Assembly: GCA_029247585.1 (NCBI GenBank)
Contig: JAQWKY010000112.1
Coordinates: forward strand, 6,235-70,234
Length of the DNA: 64,000 nt
From: Flavobacteriales bacterium
Lineage (GTDB): Bacteria > Bacteroidota > Bacteroidia > Flavobacteriales > UBA7430
Reading direction: 5' to 3'
The notes beneath the pieces are model-generated. The model saw only the letters and a program-made list of their open reading frames with translations, had not been told where the DNA came from and made no database searches. Every line of letters begins with the position of its first letter. Position 1 is the stretch's first letter. Shown here one piece after another: positions 19,385 through 29,559 of the stretch. The position numbers were made by a program, and so were the translations under genes.

Positions 19385-21496
19385 ATGGCTCAGAATCCTC
19401 ACGTGCTAGACACCCCTATTGAATTCCTAAAAGGAGTTGGGCCTCAGCGTGCGGATATTTTACAAAAAGAGTTGCACATATTTCGGTACCGAGATCTTCT
19501 GGAGTTTTATCCATTTCGGTACATTGATAAAACCAAATTTCACAAGATTTCTGAATTGCTTTCCGATCTGGCAGATGTGCAAATTGTGGGGAAAATTACA
19601 CGTATCACAGAAGAGGGTGTAGGACGTAAAAAACGTTTGAAGGCCATCTTTGAAGACGAAACCTCCTCTATGGAGTTGGTATGGTTCAAAGGAGTTTCTT
19701 GGGTAAAGAAATCGCTTAAGTTGCAAGAAGAAATTGTTGTTTTCGGGAAACCAACCTTGTACAGAAATACCTTTAGTATCTCACATCCCGAAATAGAGTC
19801 TCTTGAGAATTACAAAAAGAGCTTGGTAACTGCCATGCAGGGCGTGTATCCATCTACAGAAAAACTCACAAACAAGTTTTTGCACTCCAAAGGCATTGCC
19901 AAATTAATGCATGAGTTGTTGGCCCAGGTAGCGGAGTACATTTCCGAAACATTATCGCTGAACATCCGAAAGGAGTACAAGCTCATTTCCAAACGAGATG
20001 CTTTGTTGAATGTGCATTTCCCGAAATCCGAGGAGCTTTTACGACAAGCCCATCGTCGATTGAAATTTGAAGAATTCTTTTTCATTCAATTGGCCTTGTT
20101 GAAGATGAAGCTACATAAAAAACAAGTGTACAAATCCTATCCCTTCACGGATATTGGGAATCATTTTAACGAGTTTTATAAAAAGCAATTGTCTTTTGAG
20201 CTAACTGGTGCTCAAAAGCGCGTTTTAAAGGAAATTCGAACGGATGTGGCGTCTGGAAAGCAAATGAATCGTCTGGTACAAGGCGATGTGGGATCGGGTA
20301 AAACCATTGTGGCCTTAATGGTCATGTTGATGGCAAAGGATAACGGATTCCAATCTTGCTTGATGGCGCCTACAGAAATTCTTGCCACACAGCATTATCA
20401 GGGCTTAAAAGACATGGTGGAAGCCCTCGGAATGAAAATGGAATTGCTTACTGGATCCACCAAAACAGCTCGTAGAAGACAAATTCACGAAGCTCTAGAG
20501 TCGGGTGCGTTGGATGTCCTTGTTGGTACACATGCGCTTTTGGAGGACAAAGTGAAGTATAAAAACCTCGGAATGGCGATTATCGATGAGCAACATCGAT
20601 TCGGGGTGGCACAACGCTCAAAAATGTGGAAGAAAAACCAAAAACCACCCCACATTCTGGTCATGACGGCAACGCCTATTCCTCGCACACTGGCCATGAC
20701 GGTGTATGGCGATTTAGACATTTCCGTCATTGATGAGTTGCCACCGGGAAGAAAACCCATAACGACTTTGCATCGCACAGACAAACATCGATTGTCTCTA
20801 TTTCACTTCTTAAAACAAGAAATAGAAAAAGGACGACAGATTTATATCGTTTACCCTTTGATTGATGAAAGTCAAACCCTCGATTATAAAGATTTGATGG
20901 ACGGTTATGAGAGTATTTGTAGGCATTTCCCAAGACCTACTTATCAAGTTTCTGTGGTTCACGGTCGGATGAAATCTGAGGATAAGGAGGTAGAAATGGC
21001 TCGATTTGTAAAAGGAGAAACCCACATCATGGTAGCTACAACGGTTATTGAAGTGGGTGTAAATGTGCCCAATGCCTCTGTGATGGTCGTCGAAAGCGCG
21101 GAGCGATTTGGGCTTTCACAATTGCACCAATTGAGAGGTCGGGTAGGGCGTGGCGCTGAACAGTCATACTGCATACTCATGAGTGACCAGAAATTGAGTT
21201 CCGATGCAAAGTTTCGCTTGAAAACCATGGTGCAAACTCAAAACGGATTTGAAATCGCAGATGCTGATTTAAAACTCAGGGGTCCAGGGGATATCATGGG
21301 AACACGACAAAGTGGGCTATTAGATTTAAAATTAGCCGATCTTTCCAAAGATGCTAAAATACTACAGTACGCCCGTCAAACTGCTCAGCAAATCCTAAAA
21401 GATGATCCCGAGTTGACTCAAGATGAAAATAGACCTATCTTGAAAGAATACGTCCGAGCACACCACAAGAGTATTCGGTGGAGTGACATCAGTTAA
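19385..21496 (+). CDS. recG: ATP-dependent DNA helicase RecG
   Basis: About 703 aa from the ATG. Wedge domain, helicase motifs GDVGSGKT, DEQHRFG, TATPIPRT and QLHQLRGRVGRG. A TACATTTG -7 box sits at 19364-19371. Confidence 0.95.
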   Translation: MAQNPHVLDTPIEFLKGVGPQRADILQKELHIFRYRDLLEFYPFRYIDKTKFHKISELLSDLADVQIVGKITRITEEGVGRKKRLKAIFEDETSSMELVWFKGVSWVKKSLKLQEEIVVFGKPTLYRNTFSISHPEIESLENYKKSLVTAMQGVYPSTEKLTNKFLHSKGIAKLMHELLAQVAEYISETLSLNIRKEYKLISKRDALLNVHFPKSEELLRQAHRRLKFEEFFFIQLALLKMKLHKKQVYKSYPFTDIGNHFNEFYKKQLSFELTGAQKRVLKEIRTDVASGKQMNRLVQGDVGSGKTIVALMVMLMAKDNGFQSCLMAPTEILATQHYQGLKDMVEALGMKMELLTGSTKTARRRQIHEALESGALDVLVGTHALLEDKVKYKNLGMAIIDEQHRFGVAQRSKMWKKNQKPPHILVMTATPIPRTLAMTVYGDLDISVIDELPPGRKPITTLHRTDKHRLSLFHFLKQEIEKGRQIYIVYPLIDESQTLDYKDLMDGYESICRHFPRPTYQVSVVHGRMKSEDKEVEMARFVKGETHIMVATTVIEVGVNVPNASVMVVESAERFGLSQLHQLRGRVGRGAEQSYCILMSDQKLSSDAKFRLKTMVQTQNGFEIADADLKLRGPGDIMGTRQSGLLDLKLADLSKDAKILQYARQTAQQILKDDPELTQDENRPILKEYVRAHHKSIRWSDIS

Positions 21497-21706
21497 GCAG
21501 TAGCTTTTGTACTACTTTATTTGTCCTTCAAATTTTTCATCCTAGAACTTTTAACTTGAAATTTTCGTTTCGTATGTTTGTGAGACCATTAGGTAGAGCG
21601 AATTTTTGGAATTAATCCTTTGTAGTTATTCCTTGTAATTCACGAAAAATAACCTCGTTGGCGTAGACCTTTTCATAAGGGTATCGTGTAATAAAACACC
21701 ATTGAA

Positions 21707-22288
21707 ATGATTACCCATATTCAAGGAAAATTAGTAGAGCTAAACCCTGCCTATGCAGTGATAGAGTGTAATGGCGTGGGCTATCTACTTCATATATCAC
21801 TCAATACTTATTCCAAATTAGGAGATTCAGAATTTTGCAAATTGTATTCGCATTTGGCCATCAAAGAGGATTCTCATACGCTGTATGGATTTCATGAAGA
21901 GCTGGAGCGAAAAGTATTTCGATTGTTGATTTCGGTGTCTGGGGTGGGAGCTTCTACCGCACGAGTGATATTGTCTTCCATGCTACCCGTAGAAATAAGA
22001 GATGCCATTGTTAATGAAGATGTTGCTCTGATAAAGAGCGTCAAAGGGATTGGGGCAAAAACCGCACAGCGAATTATTCTCGACCTCAAAGACAAAATGT
22101 TGAAAGCCTTTGACGACATTGAAATGAGTGTCAAAACAGGCAATAGAAACCGCGAAGAAGCGTTATCTGCATTAGAAGTTCTTGGTTTCCCGATGAAGGC
22201 GGTGCACAAATTGATTGATAAGTTGCTGGAGAAAGATTCGCAAATCGGAGTAGAAGAACTGGTAAAACAAGCCCTAAAGCAGTTGTAA
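21707..22288 (+). CDS. ruvA: Holliday junction branch migration complex subunit RuvA
   Basis: 193 aa. MITHIQGKL...GVGY start, and HhH motifs SGVGASTA and VKGIGAKTAQRI. Confidence 0.95.
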   Translation: MITHIQGKLVELNPAYAVIECNGVGYLLHISLNTYSKLGDSEFCKLYSHLAIKEDSHTLYGFHEELERKVFRLLISVSGVGASTARVILSSMLPVEIRDAIVNEDVALIKSVKGIGAKTAQRIILDLKDKMLKAFDDIEMSVKTGNRNREEALSALEVLGFPMKAVHKLIDKLLEKDSQIGVEELVKQALKQL

Positions 22289-25200
22289 GTGAAGTTTCGT
22301 CAGGTCGCGATAAAAGTTTTTTTCACCCTTATTGTCTTTTTCTTGTGCCAACCTATGGTACAGGCTCAAGATGATGTGAAACCGTTGCCCTATCCAAAAA
22401 TGGGCTTCAAGCTGCCGGAGAACTTTGGTGAAACGGTTAACTATCGCGTTGATAAAGGCGATTTCACCTTTCAGAAAACCATTGGGAGCTTGGCTCAAGA
22501 TCGTCCTCGATTTATGAGTGAGTCTGCTTACAGACAGTGGATGTTTAACCAGCAAATTCAATCGTACTGGAAGGAAAAAGCACAGTCCAATCTTATTGAT
22601 GAAGGGGTGGCAGGGACCAAGCCTAAGTTTCAAATGGGGGAATCTTTGGGTCGTGTGTTTGGAGGAAACACCATTGACATTCGTCCGCAAGGATCAGCCC
22701 AACTGACTTTCTCAGGGAATTTTGATAAGACCAAAAATCCAAATCTCACCAAAAATCAACAGAGTCAAGGAAGTTTTAATTTTGATCAAAGTATTCAAAT
22801 GAATGTGATTGGGAAAATCGGGACCAAGTTGGCCCTGCGTACCAATTACGATACCAAGAGTCAGTTTGATTTTGAAAATCAGATGAAACTCGAGTACACC
22901 GGTGATGAAGATCAGATTATAAAGAAAATTGAACTGGGGAATGTGAGTTTACCACTGAGTGGATCTTTAATTTCTGGTACTCAAAGTCTGTTTGGTGTTA
23001 AAGCACAATTTCAATTTGGTAAAGCCACTTTTACTACTGTGTTTTCCGAACAAAAATCCGAAACCAGTACCATCCGTGTAGATGGGGGAGCGCAAACCAC
23101 GAACTTCGAAATCTACGCCGACGATTACGAAGCCAACAAGCACTTTTTCTTGGGGCAGTATTTTTACGATAATTACGATGGCGCATTGAGAAACATGCCC
23201 GTCATCAGTTCTAGCGTATCCATTACCAATGTTGAGGTATGGGTAACCAACCGATCCGGAGTTACACAAAACGTTCGTAACGTTCTGGCCTTTCAGGATT
23301 TGGGTGAACAAATAAATAAGGTGCATAATAAATCCAACGTTTATGCAGGGTCCATCAATATTCCTACACCCGACAATAAAAACAACAGCTTAGATCCTCA
23401 AATTTTAGTTAACGATTTCCAAGACATACGTAACGTCAGCCGAATTACATCTTCCTTGAATGGAACCGGATACGAACAATCTGTGGATTATGAGAAAATA
23501 GAAAACGCCAAAAAATTAACGAGGTCGGAATACAGTTTTGACCCTCAATTGGGTTTCATTTCCTTAAACCAAGCTTTAAACTCGGATGAAATTTTAGCCG
23601 TTGCTTTCCAATACACCTACAACGGAGAGCCTTATCAGGTGGGGGAGTTGTCTACTGATGTTGCTTCGCCTGATGCTTTGGTTTTGAAATTGTTAAAAAG
23701 CACCTCTGTTGATGTGGAGCTGCCTTTGTGGAATTTATCCATGAAAAACGTCTACGCACTTGGAGCGTATCAGGTGAATAAAGAAGACTTTAATTTGCAA
23801 ATAAACTACCAAGATGACGAATCCGGAACCCCGCTGCCTTTCCTTCCGGAAGAAGGCTTGAGCAGTTCCCTTTTGATTCAGCTGATGAATCTGGATAACT
23901 TAAATCAAAATAACGATCCCGGGCCCGATGGTGTTTTTGATTTCATACCCAACCTGACCATAAAAACATCCAACGGTCGTGTTTATTTACCATCCACAGA
24001 GCCTTTTGGAGACCACTTACGTAGCAAGTTCACAGAATTAGGTCTGAGTTCAGACTTGGCCGATCGGTACGTATTTGATGCCTTGTATGACTCTACCAAA
24101 ACGGCCGCTTCACAAGTTGCAGAACTGAACAAATTCATCATCAAAGGACAGTACAAATCTTCTTCAGGATCGGATATACCCCTGAACGCCATGGACGTTC
24201 CTCAGGGATCTGTTACCGTGAGCATGGGAGGTGCGCCTCTGGAAGAAAATGTGCATTACACTGTTGATTACAATTTGGGTCGAGTAAAAATCATCGATGA
24301 GGGAATCTTAAGTTCGGGGCAACAAATAGACGTGAAGTTAGAGAGCAACTCGGCTTATTCTTGGATGACCAAACGTTATTTGGGCTTACACGCGGATTAT
24401 AAGTTCAATGACGATTTCATAATTGGCGCCACGCTTCTGAATCTATCAGAAAACAGTCAGACGCCAAAAATAAATATGGGGGAAGAGCCTATTTCGAATA
24501 CCATTTGGGGTATTAACGGATCCTACAAAACAGAAGCCCCTTTGTTAACGCGATTGGTGGACAAATTACCGCTCATTGAAACCAAGGAGAAATCAACCTT
24601 ATTGTTGACCGGAGAATTTGCTCAATTCATCCCAGGACACCCCAAGTCCATCAATATAGACGAAACGGGTACGGCTTATATAGACGACTTTGAAAACAGT
24701 CAGTCGCCCATTGATTTGCGTACGGCACATGCTTGGAATTTAGCAAGTACGCCTCAGGATAAAGACTTATTTCCTGAATCAACGAGGACCAATGACCTCA
24801 GTTACGGATACAACAGAGCCTTGTTGTCATGGTACACCATCAACTCTGATTTGCAGCGAAAAACTTCGTATTCGCCAAGACATATTAGTGATGAAGATCG
24901 CGAAGCGCCTTACGTTCGTGAAATTTCCATCAACGAGATTTTCCCAGACAAAGACATCCCTCACGGTCAGCCTTTGCGCCTTCGTACTTTCGATTTGGCC
25001 TTTTACCCAAGCGAAAGGGGGCCTTACAATTTTGATGTAAAAGGGGACGCAGGGATATCCAACGGTATTGATGCTTCTGGAGCCTTAAAAGTGCCCGAAT
25101 CTCGATGGGGTGGTGTGGTTCGTGAGTTGCAGACGAATGATTTTGAATCTGCCAATGTGGAATTCATCGAATTTTGGATGATGGATCCCTTCATTGAAAA

Positions 25201-28200
25201 CCCAAGTTCTAGTGGGGGTGATTTTTACATCAACTTGGGGAATGTTTCAGAAGACATCTTAAAAGATTCGCGAAAAAGTTACGAGAACGGTTTGCCGATA
25301 GATGGTGATGAAGGTGATGTAGATACCACCGCATGGGGTCGTGTGCCTTCCGTTCAGGCATTGGTGAATGCTTTTAACAGTGGGCAAACGGCTCGAGATC
25401 TTCAGGATGTCGGGCTGGATGGTCTGAGCGATGAACAGGAAAGAGCCTTTATTTCTGTTGAAGGAGGGCAAACCGAGACCTATTTGGAGAAAATACAAAC
25501 ACATCTTGGACTTAATTCTGAGGCATACAATAAAGCCAATCAGGATCCTTCAGCCGATAACTACCATTATTACTACGGTGAAGATTACAACAATGAAGAG
25601 AAAAGTATTTTAGAACGCTACAAACGCTACAACGGTTTGGATGGGAACTCACTCATTCCAAACGACAATGACTTGAAGCAACCCTACTCTCAACTTCCGG
25701 ATGTGGAAGACATCAACAGCGATTACACGCTTAGTGAGTCTGAGTCGTACTTCCAATACAAGGTCAGTATGCGACCTGAGGATTTAGGAAAAGTAGGAAA
25801 CAACTACATTACCTCCATCATCGATAATGCGGGACCAAATAACAACACCCGTTGGATACAGTTTAAAATACCCGTTCGTTCTTACGACAAGAAAACAGGA
25901 AGTATTCCCGACTTTAAATCGATACGCTTTATGCGAATGTTTATGAAAGGTTTTGAGTCGACGACGGTACTTCGTTTTGCGAGTTTAGACCTTGTTCGTG
26001 GCGAATGGCGTAAATATTTAAACAGTCTTATAGAACCCGGAACGCCCATTGAAAACGAAGATACTGGTTTTGATATCTCGGTGGTAAATCTGGAAGAAAA
26101 TGGAAGACGCGATCCTGTGCGTTATGTTTTGCCTCCGGGTATCGAAAGAGAACGGATTTTAGGTTCAACCACTACGCAACAGCAAAATGAACAATCCATT
26201 AGCTTTAAAATTTGCGATCTTCAAAATGGCGATGCCCGAGGCGCTTTCAAGAATGTGACGATGGACATGAGGATGTATAACAAAATGAAGTTCTTTGTTC
26301 ATGCTGAGGAAATGCCGATGGAGGAGTTGAACGATGAGGATTTGAGCATGTTCATTCGCGTGGGTACCGATTACAATTCCAATTATTACGAATACGAAAT
26401 CCCTTTAAAAGTAACCGAGTGGGGAGCCTCTTCTCGAGATCAGGTATGGCCGGAAGAAAATCAAGTAGAAATCGATTTTGACCTCTTAAGGAAGGCGAAG
26501 TTGAATCGAAATGCAGAGATTCGAGAGGGAAATCCAAATGTCAATTTTAATAAGCCTTATTCGTATCAGTCTACAGGTGATAAAAAGCGAATAAATATTG
26601 TTGGGAACCCTAATTTAGCGAATGTACGTACCATCATGCTTGGTGTTCGTAATCCAAAATCCGATTTTCATGCAGGTGATGACGGATTGCCTAAATGCGT
26701 GGAGGTTTGGATCAATGAACTTCGCTTGACCGACTTTGATGAGCGGGGTGGTTACGCGGCAAAGGCTCAACTAAAAACACGCTTGGCTGATTTAGGAAGC
26801 ATGACCTTAGCTGGTAATATGAGCACGGTAGGATTTGGTAGTTTGGAGCAAGGGGTTACTGAGCGAAATCAAGAAGAAACTCGCCAATATAACTTTACGT
26901 CTAATGTAGAATTGGGGAAACTCTTCTCAGAGGAAGCCAATGTAAAAATCCCTGTTTTTGTAGGTGTTTCAGAGACCGTTCTTAGCCCTCAATTCAATCC
27001 ATTGGATCCAGATGTTGAACTCAAGGCGACGCTGGCCGATGAGCGAATGACTGAGGGAGCTAGAGACACCTTGCGAAGTGTGGTTGAGAATTATACCCTA
27101 AGGCGTTCCATCAACCTGACCAATGTTCGTAAAGAACGGAGTAGAGGAGGTGCTAAAGAGAAGAAATCCAAGAAAGAGCGTTCTTCAAAAAATAGATTGT
27201 ACGACATCGAGAACATCAGTTTGAGTTATTCTTTCAATGAAATTTTTAACCGCAATATCAATACAGAATTTAGCGTCAAGAGAGAGCATAGCGGTGGATT
27301 GGGTTACAATTTCAACAACAGTCCAAAAAACTACAAGCCTTTTAGCAAAATCAAGTTTTTGAGGAAATCCAAGTATTTTAGGCTGATCAAAGACTTTAAC
27401 TTCTATTTGCTTCCTAAGAGCATTTCCGCTCGAGCTGATTTTAACAAATCGTATGCGGAGACGAAAATGAGAAATTTAGCTGCTCTGAATACAACGATGC
27501 CTATGCAAATGCCGGAGCCCGACACGCTCTTCAGCAAGTTGTTTAACATGACGCAGAGTTACAATGTGAAACACGATTTTGCAAGAAGCTTAAAACTAAA
27601 CTTTTCAGCCAACAGACGAGCCATAGTAGATGAGCCGGAGGGGAGAATAGACAGCAAGTCCAAAAGAGAAGCCCTGCGCGACAGTATTCTCACCTTCGGG
27701 AGGACCACCAGTTACCATCATCAGTTTGATTTGCGATACACGGTGCCCATCAACAAATTGCCACTAACGGATTGGATCAATTTAACCCTAAATTACAGCG
27801 GTACTTACGATTGGGATGCGGGGTCTATTGCGATGATCAATGATTCCATCAACCTAGGGAATGTCATCCAAAACACCAATAAGAAAAGAATCAATGCTCA
27901 GTTCAAAATGAGCAGTCTCTACAACAAGGTCCCTTATTTTAAAAATCTCGGAAAGAACTCCAATAAGCGTCGTTCTGACAAGAAGAAAAAAGAGGACGCA
28001 TCAAAATCAAAAGGATCCAAAGGCAAGAGCGAAAAAGATACGGATGCGGAAGATGAAGAATCTGAAAAGAGACGTTTCAACCCACTTACTCATATCGCCC
28101 AGACCGTTTTATCCGTTAAAAATGTAAGCCTTACCTACGATGAAACCAACGGAACGATGATTCCAGGATTTATGCCTTCAACCGGGTTTTTAGGGATGGA

Positions 28201-29485
28201 ACAAAGGTTCAAGCCAAATTCCGCTCCGGGTCTAGGGTTCTTGCTCGGAGAACAGCCAAGTTCGAGCGATATGGCAAGTTTTGCCTCTAAGGGATGGATT
28301 ACGGCCGACACACTTTTAAATCAACAACTGACGCAGCAATATACGTCTCGATTGAACATTCGCTCCAAGGTAGAGCCGATTAAAAAATTGAAGATTCAAG
28401 TGACTGCGCAACGAAGTCAAACTCGAAACGAGTCTGAGATTTACAAAAACACTGGTGATTTCGACAATCCATTTTTTGAATCTCTCAACAAGAACGAATC
28501 AGGAAGTTTTACCATGTCATTTTTAGCTATTGGAACGGCATTTAGGCCGATGAATATGAATTCTTCCAAAACCTTTGATGAGATGCGAGCTATGCGAGCT
28601 GCCATGGCTAAAGAAGTGGCAAAAGATAAAGGGATTGCCTACAGCCCTTCTGACCCATACCCTGTGGGAGTGGGTCCTAATTCACAAGATGTGTTGATTC
28701 CGGCTTTCCTCGCGGCTTACTCTGGTAAGGGAGTCTCTTCTCAAACACGAAATAAATTCCCGAGCATTCCATTGCCTAACTGGAAAGTGAAATACAATGG
28801 CTTAAGCGATATTCCATGGGTGAAAAAGCGATTCAAAACCGTGACCTTGTCCCATGGCTATACTTCTACCTACTCCATAAGTTCCTACCAAACGAATTTG
28901 TTTTATACGGCATTGGATAAACCCAATACAGGAACGCCCGACTCAAACCCTGAAAACTTCGACGTCAATGGAAATTACTTGACGAAATACCAGATTCAAA
29001 CCGTAAATATCAGTGAGCAGTTCAATCCTTTGATAAAGGTGGATATTACCATGAACAACAGTCTTACCACGCGCTTTGAAATCAGCAAAGATCGTCAGGT
29101 TTCCTTGAGCTTAAATAACAATCAAATCCAGGAGCAAGTTGGTAGAACTCTCACCCTTGGTGTCGGATATAGAGTTAGTGAATTCGAACTCAGCTTACCT
29201 TCAGCCAAAGGAAGAAAAACGTATTCTTCCAACTTGGATGTCAACCTAGATGTTTCGGTTCGAAAAACGGCTTCTGCCATACGCAGTATCGAAGAAAATA
29301 CCCATCAGTCTGTAAGCGGTAGCACAGATATTTCCATCAAAACCTCAGCCGATTACGTCATGAGCGAGCGAATCAACCTGCAATTGTTCTACGATCGAAT
29401 GGTTCGAAAGTACGAAGTGGCTAATGCTTACGATACGGCAAACAGCAGCTTCGGAATTAAACTTCGATTCTCCTTCGGTCGATAG
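22289..29485 (+). CDS. sprA: type IX secretion system translocon / gliding motility protein SprA
   Basis: 2398 aa, the size and composition of F. johnsoniae-type SprA. Signal peptide ending VQAQ. Beta-rich with a C-terminal FGIKLRFSFGR beta-barrel terminus. The GTG start directly abuts the ruvA TAA. Confidence 0.9.
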   Translation: MKFRQVAIKVFFTLIVFFLCQPMVQAQDDVKPLPYPKMGFKLPENFGETVNYRVDKGDFTFQKTIGSLAQDRPRFMSESAYRQWMFNQQIQSYWKEKAQSNLIDEGVAGTKPKFQMGESLGRVFGGNTIDIRPQGSAQLTFSGNFDKTKNPNLTKNQQSQGSFNFDQSIQMNVIGKIGTKLALRTNYDTKSQFDFENQMKLEYTGDEDQIIKKIELGNVSLPLSGSLISGTQSLFGVKAQFQFGKATFTTVFSEQKSETSTIRVDGGAQTTNFEIYADDYEANKHFFLGQYFYDNYDGALRNMPVISSSVSITNVEVWVTNRSGVTQNVRNVLAFQDLGEQINKVHNKSNVYAGSINIPTPDNKNNSLDPQILVNDFQDIRNVSRITSSLNGTGYEQSVDYEKIENAKKLTRSEYSFDPQLGFISLNQALNSDEILAVAFQYTYNGEPYQVGELSTDVASPDALVLKLLKSTSVDVELPLWNLSMKNVYALGAYQVNKEDFNLQINYQDDESGTPLPFLPEEGLSSSLLIQLMNLDNLNQNNDPGPDGVFDFIPNLTIKTSNGRVYLPSTEPFGDHLRSKFTELGLSSDLADRYVFDALYDSTKTAASQVAELNKFIIKGQYKSSSGSDIPLNAMDVPQGSVTVSMGGAPLEENVHYTVDYNLGRVKIIDEGILSSGQQIDVKLESNSAYSWMTKRYLGLHADYKFNDDFIIGATLLNLSENSQTPKINMGEEPISNTIWGINGSYKTEAPLLTRLVDKLPLIETKEKSTLLLTGEFAQFIPGHPKSINIDETGTAYIDDFENSQSPIDLRTAHAWNLASTPQDKDLFPESTRTNDLSYGYNRALLSWYTINSDLQRKTSYSPRHISDEDREAPYVREISINEIFPDKDIPHGQPLRLRTFDLAFYPSERGPYNFDVKGDAGISNGIDASGALKVPESRWGGVVRELQTNDFESANVEFIEFWMMDPFIENPSSSGGDFYINLGNVSEDILKDSRKSYENGLPIDGDEGDVDTTAWGRVPSVQALVNAFNSGQTARDLQDVGLDGLSDEQERAFISVEGGQTETYLEKIQTHLGLNSEAYNKANQDPSADNYHYYYGEDYNNEEKSILERYKRYNGLDGNSLIPNDNDLKQPYSQLPDVEDINSDYTLSESESYFQYKVSMRPEDLGKVGNNYITSIIDNAGPNNNTRWIQFKIPVRSYDKKTGSIPDFKSIRFMRMFMKGFESTTVLRFASLDLVRGEWRKYLNSLIEPGTPIENEDTGFDISVVNLEENGRRDPVRYVLPPGIERERILGSTTTQQQNEQSISFKICDLQNGDARGAFKNVTMDMRMYNKMKFFVHAEEMPMEELNDEDLSMFIRVGTDYNSNYYEYEIPLKVTEWGASSRDQVWPEENQVEIDFDLLRKAKLNRNAEIREGNPNVNFNKPYSYQSTGDKKRINIVGNPNLANVRTIMLGVRNPKSDFHAGDDGLPKCVEVWINELRLTDFDERGGYAAKAQLKTRLADLGSMTLAGNMSTVGFGSLEQGVTERNQEETRQYNFTSNVELGKLFSEEANVKIPVFVGVSETVLSPQFNPLDPDVELKATLADERMTEGARDTLRSVVENYTLRRSINLTNVRKERSRGGAKEKKSKKERSSKNRLYDIENISLSYSFNEIFNRNINTEFSVKREHSGGLGYNFNNSPKNYKPFSKIKFLRKSKYFRLIKDFNFYLLPKSISARADFNKSYAETKMRNLAALNTTMPMQMPEPDTLFSKLFNMTQSYNVKHDFARSLKLNFSANRRAIVDEPEGRIDSKSKREALRDSILTFGRTTSYHHQFDLRYTVPINKLPLTDWINLTLNYSGTYDWDAGSIAMINDSINLGNVIQNTNKKRINAQFKMSSLYNKVPYFKNLGKNSNKRRSDKKKKEDASKSKGSKGKSEKDTDAEDEESEKRRFNPLTHIAQTVLSVKNVSLTYDETNGTMIPGFMPSTGFLGMEQRFKPNSAPGLGFLLGEQPSSSDMASFASKGWITADTLLNQQLTQQYTSRLNIRSKVEPIKKLKIQVTAQRSQTRNESEIYKNTGDFDNPFFESLNKNESGSFTMSFLAIGTAFRPMNMNSSKTFDEMRAMRAAMAKEVAKDKGIAYSPSDPYPVGVGPNSQDVLIPAFLAAYSGKGVSSQTRNKFPSIPLPNWKVKYNGLSDIPWVKKRFKTVTLSHGYTSTYSISSYQTNLFYTALDKPNTGTPDSNPENFDVNGNYLTKYQIQTVNISEQFNPLIKVDITMNNSLTTRFEISKDRQVSLSLNNNQIQEQVGRTLTLGVGYRVSEFELSLPSAKGRKTYSSNLDVNLDVSVRKTASAIRSIEENTHQSVSGSTDISIKTSADYVMSERINLQLFYDRMVRKYEVANAYDTANSSFGIKLRFSFGR

Positions 29486-29559
29486 TTTGGTATAAAACTT
29501 GCAAGCACGTTCTTAGTTAACCTTGATAGGTTCAGCTCCCCCCGTAATACAGAATTTTC

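Noticed and set aside
22274-22690. 138-aa minus-strand ORF across the ruvA/sprA junction
   Set aside because: It lies entirely opposite the ruvA end and the sprA signal peptide and N-terminus. The sequence is low-complexity, and there is no room for its own promoter.
27120-28080. Two Lys/Ser/Glu-rich low-complexity stretches inside SprA (..RKERSRGGAKEKKSKKERSSKNR.. and ..KRRSDKKKKEDASKSKGSKGKSEKDTDAEDEESEKRR..)
   Set aside because: They are in frame and flanked by normal SprA sequence. They are most simply disordered loop insertions in a giant beta-barrel, not separate features or mobile insertions.
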